64,000 bases of DNA from Eledone cirrhosa (lineage: Eukaryota): contig OZ024743.1 in NCBI GenBank assembly GCA_964016885.1, positions 285,882,001 through 285,946,000 of the forward strand. The letters run 5' to 3'. The translations under genes and the position numbers were made by a program. How positions within the stretch are numbered: position 1 is the first letter of the stretch; the number at the start of each line of letters is the position of its first letter. Of the stretch, positions 1-13,601 are shown piece after piece. The notes beneath the pieces are model-generated. The model was not told the DNA's origin. It did not search any database and saw nothing but the letters and a program-made list of their open reading frames with translations.

Positions 1-33
1 GTCCTGCCTGCAGTCAATTTACTTTATAACATA

Positions 34-94
<61 letters not shown>

Positions 95-102
95 GGGGAG
101 AA

Positions 103-190
<88 letters not shown>

Positions 191-336
191 GGAAGAGTGG
201 GGGTGAGAGAGAGATAATTACGTATATATTTGTGTGTGTGATATTTGGTCGTTACTTGTTCTCTTAAATCGAAAGATGACCTGAAGAAAGTTATATTTTA
301 ATCTCGACTAACCTGTAACTAAACAATATACAAATA

Positions 337-460
337 ACTGTTTCTACGTTAGGCACAAGGCCAGCAATTAACCAGTGCATTACTGGTACTTTATTTTATC
401 GACCCCGTAAGGATGACAGGCAAAGTCAACTTTGGCGGGATTTGAACTCAGATCGTAAAG
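337..460 (-). mobile_element. tRNA-derived SINE fragment inside the array unit (a second one at ~765-950); repeated in every unit
   Basis: Reverse complement of the CTGAGTTCAAATCCCGCC...GCCTTTCATCCTTACGGGGTCGATAAAATAAAGTACCAGT...GGCCTTGTGCC family dispersed elsewhere in the window. Confidence 0.85.
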
Positions 461-622
461 GGACTAACAGACATGAAATGGAGAATCCTATAACATATAC
501 AGTTGAGTGATATGTAATGAAACATTGTTAAAAGATGAAATAATACCTCCATTGTAATACCTCCACTGTAATTCTCTGTTACTAATATACAAATATGATA
601 ACTGAGAATTAATGTCGACGCT

Positions 623-704
623 GGTAGTGTGGCCGAGTGGTCTAAGGCGCTGGTTTTAGGCACCAGTCTCTTTGGAGGCGTGGGTTCGAATCCCATCACT
701 GCCA
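623..704 (+). tRNA. tRNA-Leu(UAG), unit 1
   Basis: 82-nt cloverleaf: GGTAGTG/CACTGCC acceptor stem, CTGGT-TT-TAG-GC-ACCAG anticodon arm, long variable arm, B box GGTTCGAATCC, T-run ~20 nt downstream. Confidence 0.95.
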
Positions 705-1331
705 ATAGTGTTTGTTTCCATACTTTTTTTCATATGGCCTTAATAATTGTATCAGCTATAGGCACCAGGCCATCATTTTGAATTCGATTAAATCGACTCC
801 AGTGCATTACTGGTGCTTTATTTTACCGACCCCCATAAGGATGAAATGCAAAGCTTAACCTCGGCAGGGTTTGACCTCAGAACGTTAAGGGACGTAACTC
901 TATGTCGTAAAGCATAATGTACTATGCTTTACCGATACTGTAATCCACCACCCTTCATATGGCCTTAATGATCAATAATATTTACACATAATACATAAAG
1001 TGAGTGAAAGTGGGGTGAAAAGAAGAAATGTGTGTCGTCTGAACTAATAGCCTCTACTTTCAACTAACTTAGCCTACACCTCTTGGTCCCGGCTGACAGG
1101 ATGGAGAATACAGCGCCCAGGAGGACGGGTTTCGGACCTGCGGGCGGCCAACTCCGCTCCGATAGAAATGTGTAACATTGTGGCACGGTACCAATAAACA
1201 TTTGAAGTCTCCTCTACGACAGGCTCTACAACGAATTACATTTTAGTAAGAGATGAAGTTATACCACATCTGTCATTATCTTTGACAATCTAATATGAAA
1301 ATACTATACCTAAACGTCGGAATTATCAAGT

Positions 1332-1413
1332 GGTAGCGTGGCCGAGCGGTCTAAGGCGCTGGTTTAAGGCACCAGTCTCTTCGGAGGCGTGGGTTCGAAT
1401 CCCACCGCTGCTA
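1332..1413 (+). tRNA. tRNA-Leu(AAG), unit 1 (3' end GCTGCTA variant, G1-U72)
   Basis: Cloverleaf with anticodon AAG, A/B boxes, immediate TTTTTT Pol III terminator. Confidence 0.95.
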
Positions 1414-2199
1414 TTTTTTATTTTTTACTTTTTCATACATCAAGTTAATATGATTTTTAAAAGTAAGTTGTAGAATGTGTGCATGCACTTACACGCATAA
1501 TTAATCGTAAGGTCCCCACTGAATATAAAGAATATGATGAGTATTTTTGCTGTCCACTCGGTTCAGCCGCGTCGGCTTAAGCTGCAAGGTGAGACCTGCA
1601 GCATCCCAGCCATGCTTGATAATCCCGTCAAGAGTAGCATGGCGTGGAAGGTGGTCGACACTATAGCGGCAACAATTGTATAAATGACATTAAAAATTGT
1701 TTAGAGGTCTTACAGAATGAAAATCTAGATTAAAAGAAGTCGAATCATGTCACTCCGCGTCTCAATGCGTTCGTGAGGTGAATGAGTTAAAACGAAGGAA
1801 GGAGGGTGGTGAAAATTCTACGGATAAACAAAAAAAAATCAAATAGCGTTTCATGATTTGCACAAAGCCTTGCACGGGTGAGTGTGGGTATGTGTGTATG
1901 TGTGATAGCGCTTTGCTCAGTGTTTACAGCGTTAGCCCTTGGTTTCGCCCGTGAATTCTTTCAGTCAAAAAGAAAATCACCCTTTTTCTTCTGTTTTTCT
2001 CGCTGTTTTTCCTCCTTGGAGCCTCTTGAAATGTGTTTACCATCATTCCTTTGATATATAACTATTATGCAATACACACCTGATAATGTCACTAGGTTCA
2101 TACGTAACTTGACCACTGAAATGTGCTTAGTGTTTACGGGAATAAAAATTGGAAGGAATTCAATCTGTCCTGCCTGCAGTCAATTTACTTTATAACATA

Positions 2200-2237
<38 letters not shown>

Positions 2238-2270
2238 GGGGGGAGAGATAGATAGGGAGAGATAGAGAAA

Positions 2271-2328
<58 letters not shown>

Positions 2329-2764
2329 TGGTGAAGAGTGGGGGATGAGAGAGAGATAATTACGTATATATTTGTGTGTGTGATATTTGGTCGTTACTTG
2401 TTCTCTTAAATCGAAAGATGACCTGAAGAAAGTTATATTTTAATCTCGACTAACCTGTAACTAAACAATATACAAATAACTGTTTCTACGTTAGGCACAA
2501 GGCCACCAATTAACCAGTGCATTACTGGTACTTTATTTTATCGACCCCGTAAGGATGACAGGCAAAGTCAACTTTGGCGGGATTTGAACTCAGATCGTAA
2601 AGGGACTAACAGACATGAAATGGAGAATCCTATAACATATACAGTTGAGTGATATGTAATGAAACATTGTTAAAAGATGAAGTAATACCTCCATTGTAAT
2701 ACCTCCACTGTAATTCTCTGTTACTAATATACAAATATGATAACTGAGAATTAATGTCAACGCT

Positions 2765-2846
2765 GGTAGTGTGGCCGAGTGGTCTAAGGCGCTGGTTTTA
2801 GGCACCAGTCTCTTTGGAGGCGTGGGTTCGAATCCCATCACTGCCA
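2765..2846 (+). tRNA. tRNA-Leu(UAG), unit 2
   Basis: Same sequence as 623-704. Confidence 0.95.
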
Positions 2847-3485
2847 ATAGTGTTTGTTACCTTACTTTTTTCATATGGCCTTAATAACTGTATCAGCTAT
2901 AGGCACCAGGCCATCAGTTTGAAGGGTGAGGTTGAAAGTCGATTAAATCGACTCCAGTGCATTACTGGTGCTTTATTTTATCGACCCCATAAGGATGAAA
3001 TGCACAGATTAACCTCGACAGGGTTTGACCTCAGAACGTTAAGGGACGTAACTCTATGTAGTAAAACATAATGTACTATGCTTTACCGATACTGTAATCC
3101 ACCACCCTTCATATGGCCTTAATGATCAATAACATTTACACATAATACATAAAGGGAGTGAAAGTGGGGTTAAAAGAAGAAATGTGTGTCGTCTGAACTA
3201 ATATCCTCTACTTTCAACTAACATAGCCTACACCTCTTGGTCCCGGCTGACAGGATGGAGAATACAGCGCCCAGGAGGACGGGTTTCGGACCTGCGGGCG
3301 GCCAACTCCGCTCCGATAGAAATGTGTAACATTGTGGCACGGTACCAATAAACATTTGAAGTCTCCTCTACGACAGGCTCTACAACGAATTACATTTTAG
3401 TAAGAGATGAAGTAATACCACATCTGTCATTATCTTTGACAATCTAATATGAAAATACTATACCTAAACATCGGAATTATCAAGT

Positions 3486-3567
3486 GGTAGCGTGGCCGAG
3501 CGGTCTAAGGCGCTGGTTTAAGGCACCAGTCTCTTCGGAGGCGTGGGTTCGAATCCCACCGCTGCCA
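3486..3567 (+). tRNA. tRNA-Leu(AAG), unit 2
   Basis: Canonical cloverleaf ending GCTGCCA followed by a T-run. Confidence 0.96.
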
Positions 3568-4352
3568 TTTTTTATTTTTTACTTTTTCATACATCAAGTT
3601 GATATGATTTTTAAAAGTAATTTATAGAATGTGTGCATGCACTTACACGCATAATTAATCGTAAGGTCCCCACTGTATATAAAGAATATGATGAGTATTT
3701 TTGCTGTCCACTCGGTTCAGCCGCGTCGGCTTAAGCTGCAAGGTGAGACCTGCAGCATCCCAGCCATGCTTGATAATCCCGTCAAGAGTAGCATGGCGTG
3801 GAAGGTGGTCGACACTATAGCGGCAACAATTGTATAAATGACATTAAAAATTGTTTAGAGGTCTTACAGAATGAAAATCTAGATAAAAAAAGTCGAATCA
3901 TGTCACTCCGCGTCTCAATGCGTTCGTGAGGTGAATGAGTTAAAACGAAGGAAGGAGGGTGGTGAAAATTCTACGGATAAACAAAAAAAAATCAAATAGA
4001 GTTTCATGATTTGCACAAAGCCTTGCACGGGTGGGTGTGGGTATGTGTGTATGTGTGATAGCGCTTTGCTCAGTGTTTACAGCGTTAGCCCTTGGTTTCG
4101 CCCGTGAATTCTTTCAGTCAAAAAGAAAATCACTCTTTTCTTCTCTGTTTTTCTCGCTGTTTTTCCTCCTTGGAGCCTCTTGAAATGTGTTTACCATCAT
4201 TCCTTTGATATATAACTATTATGCAATACACACCTGATAATGTCACTAGGTTCATACGTAACTTGACCACTGAAATGTGCTTAGTGTTTACGGGAATAAA
4301 AATTGGAAGGAATTCAATCTGTCCTGCCTGCAGTCAATTTACTTTATAACAT

Positions 4353-4412
<60 letters not shown>

Positions 4413-4420
4413 GGGGAGAA

Positions 4421-4504
<84 letters not shown>

Positions 4505-4936
4505 GGAAGAGTGGGGGTGAGAGAGAGATAATTACGTATATATTTGTGTGTGTGATATTTGGTCGTTACTTGTTCTCTTAAATCGAAAGATGACCTGAAG
4601 AAAGTTATATTTTAATCTCGACTAACCTGTAACTAAACAATATACAAATAACTGTTTCTACGTTAGGCACAAGGCCAGCAATTAACCAGTGCATTACTGG
4701 TACTTTATTTTATCGACCCCGTAAGGATGACAGGCAAAGTCAACTTTGGCGGGATTTGAACTCAGATCGTAAAGGGACTAACAGACATGAAATGGAGAAT
4801 CCTATAACATATACAGTTGAGTGATATGTAATGAAACATTGTTAAAAGATGAAATAATACCTCCATTGTAATACCTCCACTGTAATTCTCTGTTACTAAT
4901 ATACAAATATGATAACTGAGAATTAATGTCGACGCT

Positions 4937-5018
4937 GGTAGTGTGGCCGAGTGGTCTAAGGCGCTGGTTTTAGGCACCAGTCTCTTTGGAGGCGTGGGTT
5001 CGAATCCCATCACTGCCA
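4937..5018 (+). tRNA. tRNA-Leu(UAG), unit 3
   Basis: Same sequence as 623-704. Confidence 0.95.
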
Positions 5019-5645
5019 ATAGTGTTTGTTTCCATACTTTTTTTCATATGGCCTTAATAATTGTATCAGCTATAGGCACCAGGCCATCATTTTGAATTCG
5101 ATTAAATCGACTCCAGTGCATTACTGGTGCTTTATTTTACCGACCCCCATAAGGATGAAATGCAAAGCTTAACCTCGGCAGGGTTTGACCTCAGAACGTT
5201 AAGGGACGTAACTCTATGTCGTAAAGCATAATGTACTATGCTTTACCGATACTGTAATCCACCACCCTTCATATGGCCTTAATGATCAATAATATTTACA
5301 CATAATACATAAAGTGAGTGAAAGTGGGGTGAAAAGAAGAAATGTGTGTCGTCTGAACTAATAGCCTCTACTTTCAACTAACTTAGCCTACACCTCTTGG
5401 TCCCGGCTGACAGGATGGAGAATACAGCGCCCAGGAGGACGGGTTTCGGACCTGCGGGCGGCCAACTCCGCTCCGATAGAAATGTGTAACATTGTGGCAC
5501 GGTACCAATAAACATTTGAAGTCTCCTCTACGACAGGCTCTACAACGAATTACATTTTAGTAAGAGATGAAGTTATACCACATCTGTCATTATCTTTGAC
5601 AATCTAATATGAAAATACTATACCTAAACGTCGGAATTATCAAGT

Positions 5646-5727
5646 GGTAGCGTGGCCGAGCGGTCTAAGGCGCTGGTTTAAGGCACCAGTCTCTTCGGAG
5701 GCGTGGGTTCGAATCCCACCGCTGCTA
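5646..5727 (+). tRNA. tRNA-Leu(AAG), unit 3 (GCTGCTA variant)
   Basis: Same sequence as 1332-1413. Confidence 0.95.
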
Positions 5728-6513
5728 TTTTTTATTTTTTACTTTTTCATACATCAAGTTAATATGATTTTTAAAAGTAAGTTGTAGAATGTGTGCATGC
5801 ACTTACACGCATAATTAATCGTAAGGTCCCCACTGAATATAAAGAATATGATGAGTATTTTTGCTGTCCACTCGGTTCAGCCGCGTCGGCTTAAGCTGCA
5901 AGGTGAGACCTGCAGCATCCCAGCCATGCTTGATAATCCCGTCAAGAGTAGCATGGCGTGGAAGGTGGTCGACACTATAGCGGCAACAATTGTATAAATG
6001 ACATTAAAAATTGTTTAGAGGTCTTACAGAATGAAAATCTAGATTAAAAGAAGTCGAATCATGTCACTCCGCGTCTCAATGCGTTCGTGAGGTGAATGAG
6101 TTAAAACGAAGGAAGGAGGGTGGTGAAAATTCTACGGATAAACAAAAAAAAATCAAATAGCGTTTCATGATTTGCACAAAGCCTTGCACGGGTGAGTGTG
6201 GGTATGTGTGTATGTGTGATAGCGCTTTGCTCAGTGTTTACAGCGTTAGCCCTTGGTTTCGCCCGTGAATTCTTTCAGTCAAAAAGAAAATCACCCTTTT
6301 TCTTCTGTTTTTCTCGCTGTTTTTCCTCCTTGGAGCCTCTTGAAATGTGTTTACCATCATTCCTTTGATATATAACTATTATGCAATACACACCTGATAA
6401 TGTCACTAGGTTCATACGTAACTTGACCACTGAAATGTGCTTAGTGTTTACGGGAATAAAAATTGGAAGGAATTCAATCTGTCCTGCCTGCAGTCAATTT
6501 ACTTTATAACATA

Positions 6514-6551
<38 letters not shown>

Positions 6552-6584
6552 GGGGGGAGAGATAGATAGGGAGAGATAGAGAAA

Positions 6585-6644
<60 letters not shown>

Positions 6645-7080
6645 TGGTGAAGAGTGGGGGATGAGAGAGAGATAATTACGTATATATTTGTGTGTGTGAT
6701 ATTTGGTCGTTACTTGTTCTCTTAAATCGAAAGATGACCTGAAGAAAGTTATATTTTAATCTCGACTAACCTGTAACTAAACAATATACAAATAACTGTT
6801 TCTACGTTAGGCACAAGGCCACCAATTAACCAGTGCATTACTGGTACTTTATTTTATCGACCCCGTAAGGATGACAGGCAAAGTCAACTTTGGCGGGATT
6901 TGAACTCAGATCGTAAAGGGACTAACAGACATGAAATGGAGAATCCTATAACATATACAGTTGAGTGATATGTAATGAAACATTGTTAAAAGATGAAGTA
7001 ATACCTCCATTGTAATACCTCCACTGTAATTCTCTGTTACTAATATACAAATATGATAACTGAGAATTAATGTGAACGCT

Positions 7081-7162
7081 GGTAGTGTGGCCTAGTGGTC
7101 TAAGGCGCTGGTTTTAGGCACCAGTCTCTTTGGAGGCGTGGGTTCGAATCCCATCACTGCCA
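7081..7162 (+). tRNA. tRNA-Leu(UAG), unit 4 (D-arm G13T variant)
   Basis: GGTAGTGTGGCCTAGTGG...; otherwise identical to unit 1. Confidence 0.93.
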
Positions 7163-7801
7163 ATAGTGTTTGTTACCTTACTTTTTTCATATGGCCTTAA
7201 TAATTGTATCAGCTATAGGCACCAGGCCATCAGTTTGAAGGGTGAGGTTGAAAGTCGATTAAATCGACTCCAGTGCATTACTGGTGCTTTATTTTATCGA
7301 CCCCATAAGGATGAAATGCACAGATTAACCTCGACAGGGTTTGACCTCAGAACGTTAAGGGACGTAACTCTATGTAGTAAAACATAATGTCCTATGCTTT
7401 ACCGATACTGTAATCCACCACCCTTCATATGGCCTTAATGATCAATAACATTTACACATAATACATAAAGGGAGTGAAAGTGGGGTTAAAAGAAGAAATG
7501 TGTGTCGTCTGAACTAATATCCTCTACTTTCAACTAACATAGCCTACACCTCTTGGTCCCGGCTGACAGGATGGAGAATACAGCGCCCAGGAGGACGGGT
7601 TTCGGACCTGCGGGCGGCCAACTCCGCTCCGATAGAAATGTGTAACATTGTGGCACGGTACCAATAAACATTTGAAGTCTCCTCTACGACAGGCTCTACA
7701 ACGAATTACATTTTAGTAAGAGATGAAGTAATACCACATCTGTCATTATCTTTGACAATCTAATATGAAAATACTATACCTAAACATCGGAATTATCAAG
7801 T

Positions 7802-7883
7802 GGTAGCGTGGCCGAGCGGTCTAAGGCGCTGGTTTAAGGCACCAGTCTCTTCGGAGGCGTGGGTTCGAATCCCACCGCTGCCA
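7802..7883 (+). tRNA. tRNA-Leu(AAG), unit 4
   Basis: Canonical copy. Confidence 0.96.
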
Positions 7884-8669
7884 TTTTTTATTTTTTACTT
7901 TTTCATACATCAAGTTGATATGATTTTTAAAAGTAATTTATAGAATGTGTGCATGCACTTACACGCATAATTAATCGTAAGGTCCCCACTGTATATAAAG
8001 AATATGATGAGTATTTTTGCTGTCCACTCGGTTCAGCCGCGTCGGCTTAAGCTGCAAGGTGAGACCTGCAGCATCCCAGCCATGCTTGATAATCCCGTCA
8101 AGAGTAGCATGGCGTGGAAGGTGGTCGACACTATAGCGGCAACAATTGTATAAATGACATTAAAAATTGTTTAGAGGTCTTACAGAATGAAAATCTAGAT
8201 AAAAAAAGTCGAATCATGTCACTCCGCGTCTCAATGCGTTCGTGAGGTGAATGAGTTAAAACGAAGGAAGGAGGGTGGTGAAAATTCTACGGATAAACAA
8301 AAAAAAATCAAATAGAGTTTCATGATTTGCACAAAGCCTTGCACGGGTGGGTGTGGGTATGTGTGTATGTGTGATAGCGCTTTGCTCAGTGTTTACAGCG
8401 TTAGCCCTTGGTTTCGCCCGTGAATTCTTTCAGTCAAAAAGAAAATCACTCTTTTCTTCTCTGTTTTTCTCGCTGTTTTTCCTCCTTGGAGCCTCTTGAA
8501 ATGTGTTTACCATCATTCCTTTGATATATAACTATTATGCAATACACACCTGATAATGTCACTAGGTTCATACGTAACTTGACCACTGAAATGTGCTTAG
8601 TGTTTACGGGAATAAAAATTGGAAGGAATTCAATCTGTCCTGCCTGCAGTCAATTTACTTTATAACATA

Positions 8670-8707
<38 letters not shown>

Positions 8708-8740
8708 GGGGGGAGAGATAGATAGGGAGAGATAGAGAAA

Positions 8741-8800
<60 letters not shown>

Positions 8801-9236
8801 TGGTGAAGAGTGGGGGATGAGAGAGAGATAATTACGTATATATTTGTGTGTGTGATATTTGGTCGTTACTTGTTCTCTTAAATCGAAAGATGACCTGAAG
8901 AAAGTTATATTTTAATCTCGACTAACCTGTAACTAAACAATATACAAATAACTGTTTCTACGTTAGGCACAAGGCCACCAATTAACCAGTGCATTACTGG
9001 TACTTTATTTTATCGACCCCGTAAGGATGACAGGCAAAGTCAACTTTGGCGGGATTTGAACTCAGATCGTAAAGGGACTAACAGACATGAAATGGAGAAT
9101 CCTATAACATATACAGTTGAGTGATATGTAATGAAACATTGTTAAAAGATGAAGTAATACCTCCATTGTAATACCTCCACTGTAATTCTCTGTTACTAAT
9201 ATACAAATATGATAACTGAGAATTAATGTGAACGCT

Positions 9237-9318
9237 GGTAGTGTGGCCTAGTGGTCTAAGGCGCTGGTTTTAGGCACCAGTCTCTTTGGAGGCGTGGGTT
9301 CGAATCCCATCACTGCCA
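9237..9318 (+). tRNA. tRNA-Leu(UAG), unit 5 (G13T variant)
   Basis: As 7081-7162. Confidence 0.93.
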
Positions 9319-9957
9319 ATAGTGTTTGTTACCTTACTTTTTTCATATGGCCTTAATAATTGTATCAGCTATAGGCACCAGGCCATCAGTTTGAAGGGTG
9401 AGGTTGAAAGTCGATTAAATCGACTCCAGTGCATTACTGGTGCTTTATTTTATCGACCCCATAAGGATGAAATGCACAGATTAACCTCGACAGGGTTTGA
9501 CCTCAGAACGTTAAGGGACGTAACTCTATGTAGTAAAACATAATGTCCTATGCTTTACCGATACTGTAATCCACCACCCTTCATATGGCCTTAATGATCA
9601 ATAACATTTACACATAATACATAAAGGGAGTGAAAGTGGGGTTAAAAGAAGAAATGTGTGTCGTCTGAACTAATATCCTCTACTTTCAACTAACATAGCC
9701 TACACCTCTTGGTCCCGGCTGACAGGATGGAGAATACAGCGCCCAGGAGGACGGGTTTCGGACCTGCGGGCGGCCAACTCCGCTCCGATAGAAATGTGTA
9801 ACATTGTGGCACGGTACCAATAAACATTTGAAGTCTCCTCTACGACAGGCTCTACAACGAATTACATTTTAGTAAGAGATGAAGTAATACCACATCTGTC
9901 ATTATCTTTGACAATCTAATATGAAAATACTATACCTAAACATCGGAATTATCAAGT

Positions 9958-10039
9958 GGTAGCGTGGCCGAGCGGTCTAAGGCGCTGGTTTAAGGCACCA
10001 GTCTCTTCGGAGGCGTGGGTTCGAATCCCACCGCTGCCA
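9958..10039 (+). tRNA. tRNA-Leu(AAG), unit 5
   Basis: Canonical copy. Confidence 0.96.
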
Positions 10040-10825
10040 TTTTTTATTTTTTACTTTTTCATACATCAAGTTGATATGATTTTTAAAAGTAATTTATAGA
10101 ATGTGTGCATGCACTTACACGCATAATTAATCGTAAGGTCCCCACTGTATATAAAGAATATGATGAGTATTTTTGCTGTCCACTCGGTTCAGCCGCGTCG
10201 GCTTAAGCTGCAAGGTGAGACCTGCAGCATCCCAGCCATGCTTGATAATCCCGTCAAGAGTAGCATGGCGTGGAAGGTGGTCGACACTATAGCGGCAACA
10301 ATTGTATAAATGACATTAAAAATTGTTTAGAGGTCTTACAGAATGAAAATCTAGATAAAAAAAGTCGAATCATGTCACTCCGCGTCTCAATGCGTTCGTG
10401 AGGTGAATGAGTTAAAACGAAGGAAGGAGGGTGGTGAAAATTCTACGGATAAACAAAAAAAAATCAAATAGAGTTTCATGATTTGCACAAAGCCTTGCAC
10501 GGGTGGGTGTGGGTATGTGTGTATGTGTGATAGCGCTTTGCTCAGTGTTTACAGCGTTAGCCCTTGGTTTCGCCCGTGAATTCTTTCAGTCAAAAAGAAA
10601 ATCACTCTTTTCTTCTCTGTTTTTCTCGCTGTTTTTCCTCCTTGGAGCCTCTTGAAATGTGTTTACCATCATTCCTTTGATATATAACTATTATGCAATA
10701 CACACCTGATAATGTCACTAGGTTCATACGTAACTTGACCACTGAAATGTGCTTAGTGTTTACGGGAATAAAAATTGGAAGGAATTCAATCTGTCCTGCC
10801 TGCAGTCAATTTACTTTATAACATA

Positions 10826-10874
<49 letters not shown>

Positions 10875-10882
10875 GGGGAGAA

Positions 10883-10966
<84 letters not shown>

Positions 10967-11398
10967 GGAAGAGTGGGGGTGAGAGAGAGATAATTACGTA
11001 TATATTTGTGTGTGTGATATTTGGTCGTTACTTGTTCTCTTAAATCGAAAGATGACCTGAAGAAAGTTATATTTTAATCTCGACTAACCTGTAACTAAAC
11101 AATATACAAATAACTGTTTCTACGTTAGGCACAAGGCCAGCAATTAACCAGTGCATTACTGGTACTTTATTTTATCGACCCCGTAAGGATGACAGGCAAA
11201 GTCAACTTTGGCGGGATTTGAACTCAGATCGTAAAGGGACTAACAGACATGAAATGGAGAATCCTATAACAGATACAGTTGAGTGATATGTAATGAAACA
11301 TTGTTAAAAGATGAAATAATACCTCCATTGTAATACCTCCACTGTAATTCTCTGTTACTAATATACAAATATGATAACTGAGAATTAATGTCGACGCT

Positions 11399-11480
11399 GG
11401 TAGTGTGGCCGAGTGGTCTAAGGCGCTGGTTTTAGGCACCAGTCTCTTTGGAGGCGTGGGTTCGAATCCCATCACTGCCA
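11399..11480 (+). tRNA. tRNA-Leu(UAG), unit 6
   Basis: As 623-704. Confidence 0.95.
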
Positions 11481-12106
11481 ATAGTGTTTGTTTCCATACT
11501 TTTTTTCATATGGCCTTAATAATTGTATCAGCTATAGGCACCAGGCCATCATTTTGAATTCGATTAAATCGACTCCAGTGCATTACTGGTGCTTTATTTT
11601 ACCGACCCCCATAAGGATGAAATGCAAAGCTTAACCTCGGCAGGGTTTGACCTCAGAACGTTAAGGGACGTAACTCTATGTCGTAAAGCATAATGTCCTA
11701 TGCTTTACTGATACTGTAATCCACCACCCTTCATATGGCCTTAATGATCAATAATATTTACACATAATACATAAAGTGAGTGAAAGTGGGGTGAAAAGAA
11801 GAAATGTGTGTCGTCTGAACTAATAGCCTCTACTTTCAACTAACTTAGCCTACACCTCTTGGTCCCGGCTGACAGGATGGAGAATACAGCGCCCAGGAGG
11901 ACGGGTTTCGGACCTGCGGGCGGCCAACTCCGCTCCGATAGAAATGTGTAACATTGTGGCACGGTACCAATAAACACTTGAAGTCTCCACTACGACAGGC
12001 TCTACAACGAATTACATTTTAGTAAGAGATGAAGTAATACCACATCTGTCATTATCTTTGACATCTAATATGAAAATACTATACCTAAACGTCAGAATTA
12101 TCAAGT

Positions 12107-12188
12107 GGTAGCGTGGCCGAGCGGTCTAAGGCGCTGGTTTAAGGCACCAGTCTCTTCGGAGGCGTGGGTTCGAATCCCACCGCTGCCA
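12107..12188 (+). tRNA. tRNA-Leu(AAG), unit 6
   Basis: Canonical copy. Confidence 0.96.
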
Positions 12189-12976
12189 TTTTTTATTTTT
12201 TACTTTTTCATACATCAAGTTGATATGATTTTTAAAAGTAATTTGTAGAATGTGTGCATGCACTTACACGCATAATTAATCGTAAGGTCCCCACTGAATA
12301 TAAAGGATATGATGAGTATTTTTGCTGTCCACTCGGTTCAGCCGCGTCGGCTTAAGCTGCAAGGTGAGACCTGCAGCATCCCAGCCATGCTTGATAATCC
12401 CGTCAAGAGTAGCATGGCGTGGAAGGTGGTCGACACTATAGCGGCAACAATTGTATAAATGACATTAAAAATTGTTTAGAGGTCTTACAGAATGAAAATC
12501 TAGATTAAAAAAAGTCGAATCATGTCACTCCGCGTCTCAATGCGTTCGTGAGGTGAATGAGTTAAAACGAAGGAAGGAGGGTGGTGAAAATTCTACGGAT
12601 AAACAAAAAAAAATCAAATAGCGTTTCATGATTTGCACAAAGCCTTGCACGGGTGAGTGTGGGTATGTGTGTATGTGTGATAGCGCTTTGCTCAGTGTTT
12701 ACAGCGTTAGCCCTTGGTTTCGCCCGTGAATTCTTTCAGTCAAAAAGAAAATCACCCTTTTTCTTCTCTGTTTTTCTCGCTGTTTTTCCTCCTTGGAGCC
12801 TCTTGAAATGTGTTTACCATCATTCCTTTGATATATAACTATTATGCAATACACACCTGATAATGTCACTAGGTTCATACGTAACTTGACCACTGAAATG
12901 TGCTTAGTGTTTACGGGAATAAAAATTGGAAGGAATTCAATCTGTCCTGCCTGCAGTCAATTTACTTTATAACATA

Positions 12977-13010
<34 letters not shown>

Positions 13011-13042
13011 GGGGGGGGGATAGAGAGGGAGAGATAGAGAGA

Positions 13043-13087
<45 letters not shown>

Positions 13088-13519
13088 TGAAGAGTGGGGG
13101 TGAGAGAGAGATAATTACGTATATATTTGTTTTTGTGATATTTGGTCGTTACTTGTTCTCTTAAATCGAAAGATGACCTGAAGAAAGTTATATTTTAATC
13201 TCGACTAACCTGTAACTAAACAATATACAAATAACTGTTTCTACGTTAGGCACAAGGCCACCAATTAACCAGTGCATTACTGGTACTTTATTTTATCGAC
13301 CCCGTAAGGATGACAGGCAAAGTCAACTTTGGCGGGATTTGAACTCAGATCGTAACGGGACTAACAGACATGAAATGGAGAATCCTATAACAGATACAGT
13401 TGAGTGATATGTAATGAAACATTGTTAAAAGATGAAGTAATACCTCCATTGTAATACCTCCACTGTAATTCTCTGTTACTAATATACAAATATGATAACT
13501 GAGAATTAATGTCAACGCT

Positions 13520-13601
13520 GGTAGTGTGGCCTAGTGGTCTAAGGCGCTGGTTTTAGGCACCAGTCTCTTTGGAGGCGTGGGTTCGAATCCCATCACTGCC
13601 A
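13520..13601 (+). tRNA. tRNA-Leu(UAG), unit 7 (G13T variant)
   Basis: As 7081-7162. Confidence 0.93.

Noticed and set aside
448-705. Repeated 85-aa minus-strand ORF MAVMGFEPTPPKRLVPKTSALDHSATLP... and the plus-strand MEAWVRIPSLP... ORFs
   Set aside because: These are translations through the tRNA-Leu gene and SINE fragments. They start at non-ATG codons and are broken in several units.
4303-4581. ER-repeat ORFs (also 15057, 17206, 19388) and IY-repeat ORFs
   Set aside because: Translations of (GA)n and (TA)n microsatellites
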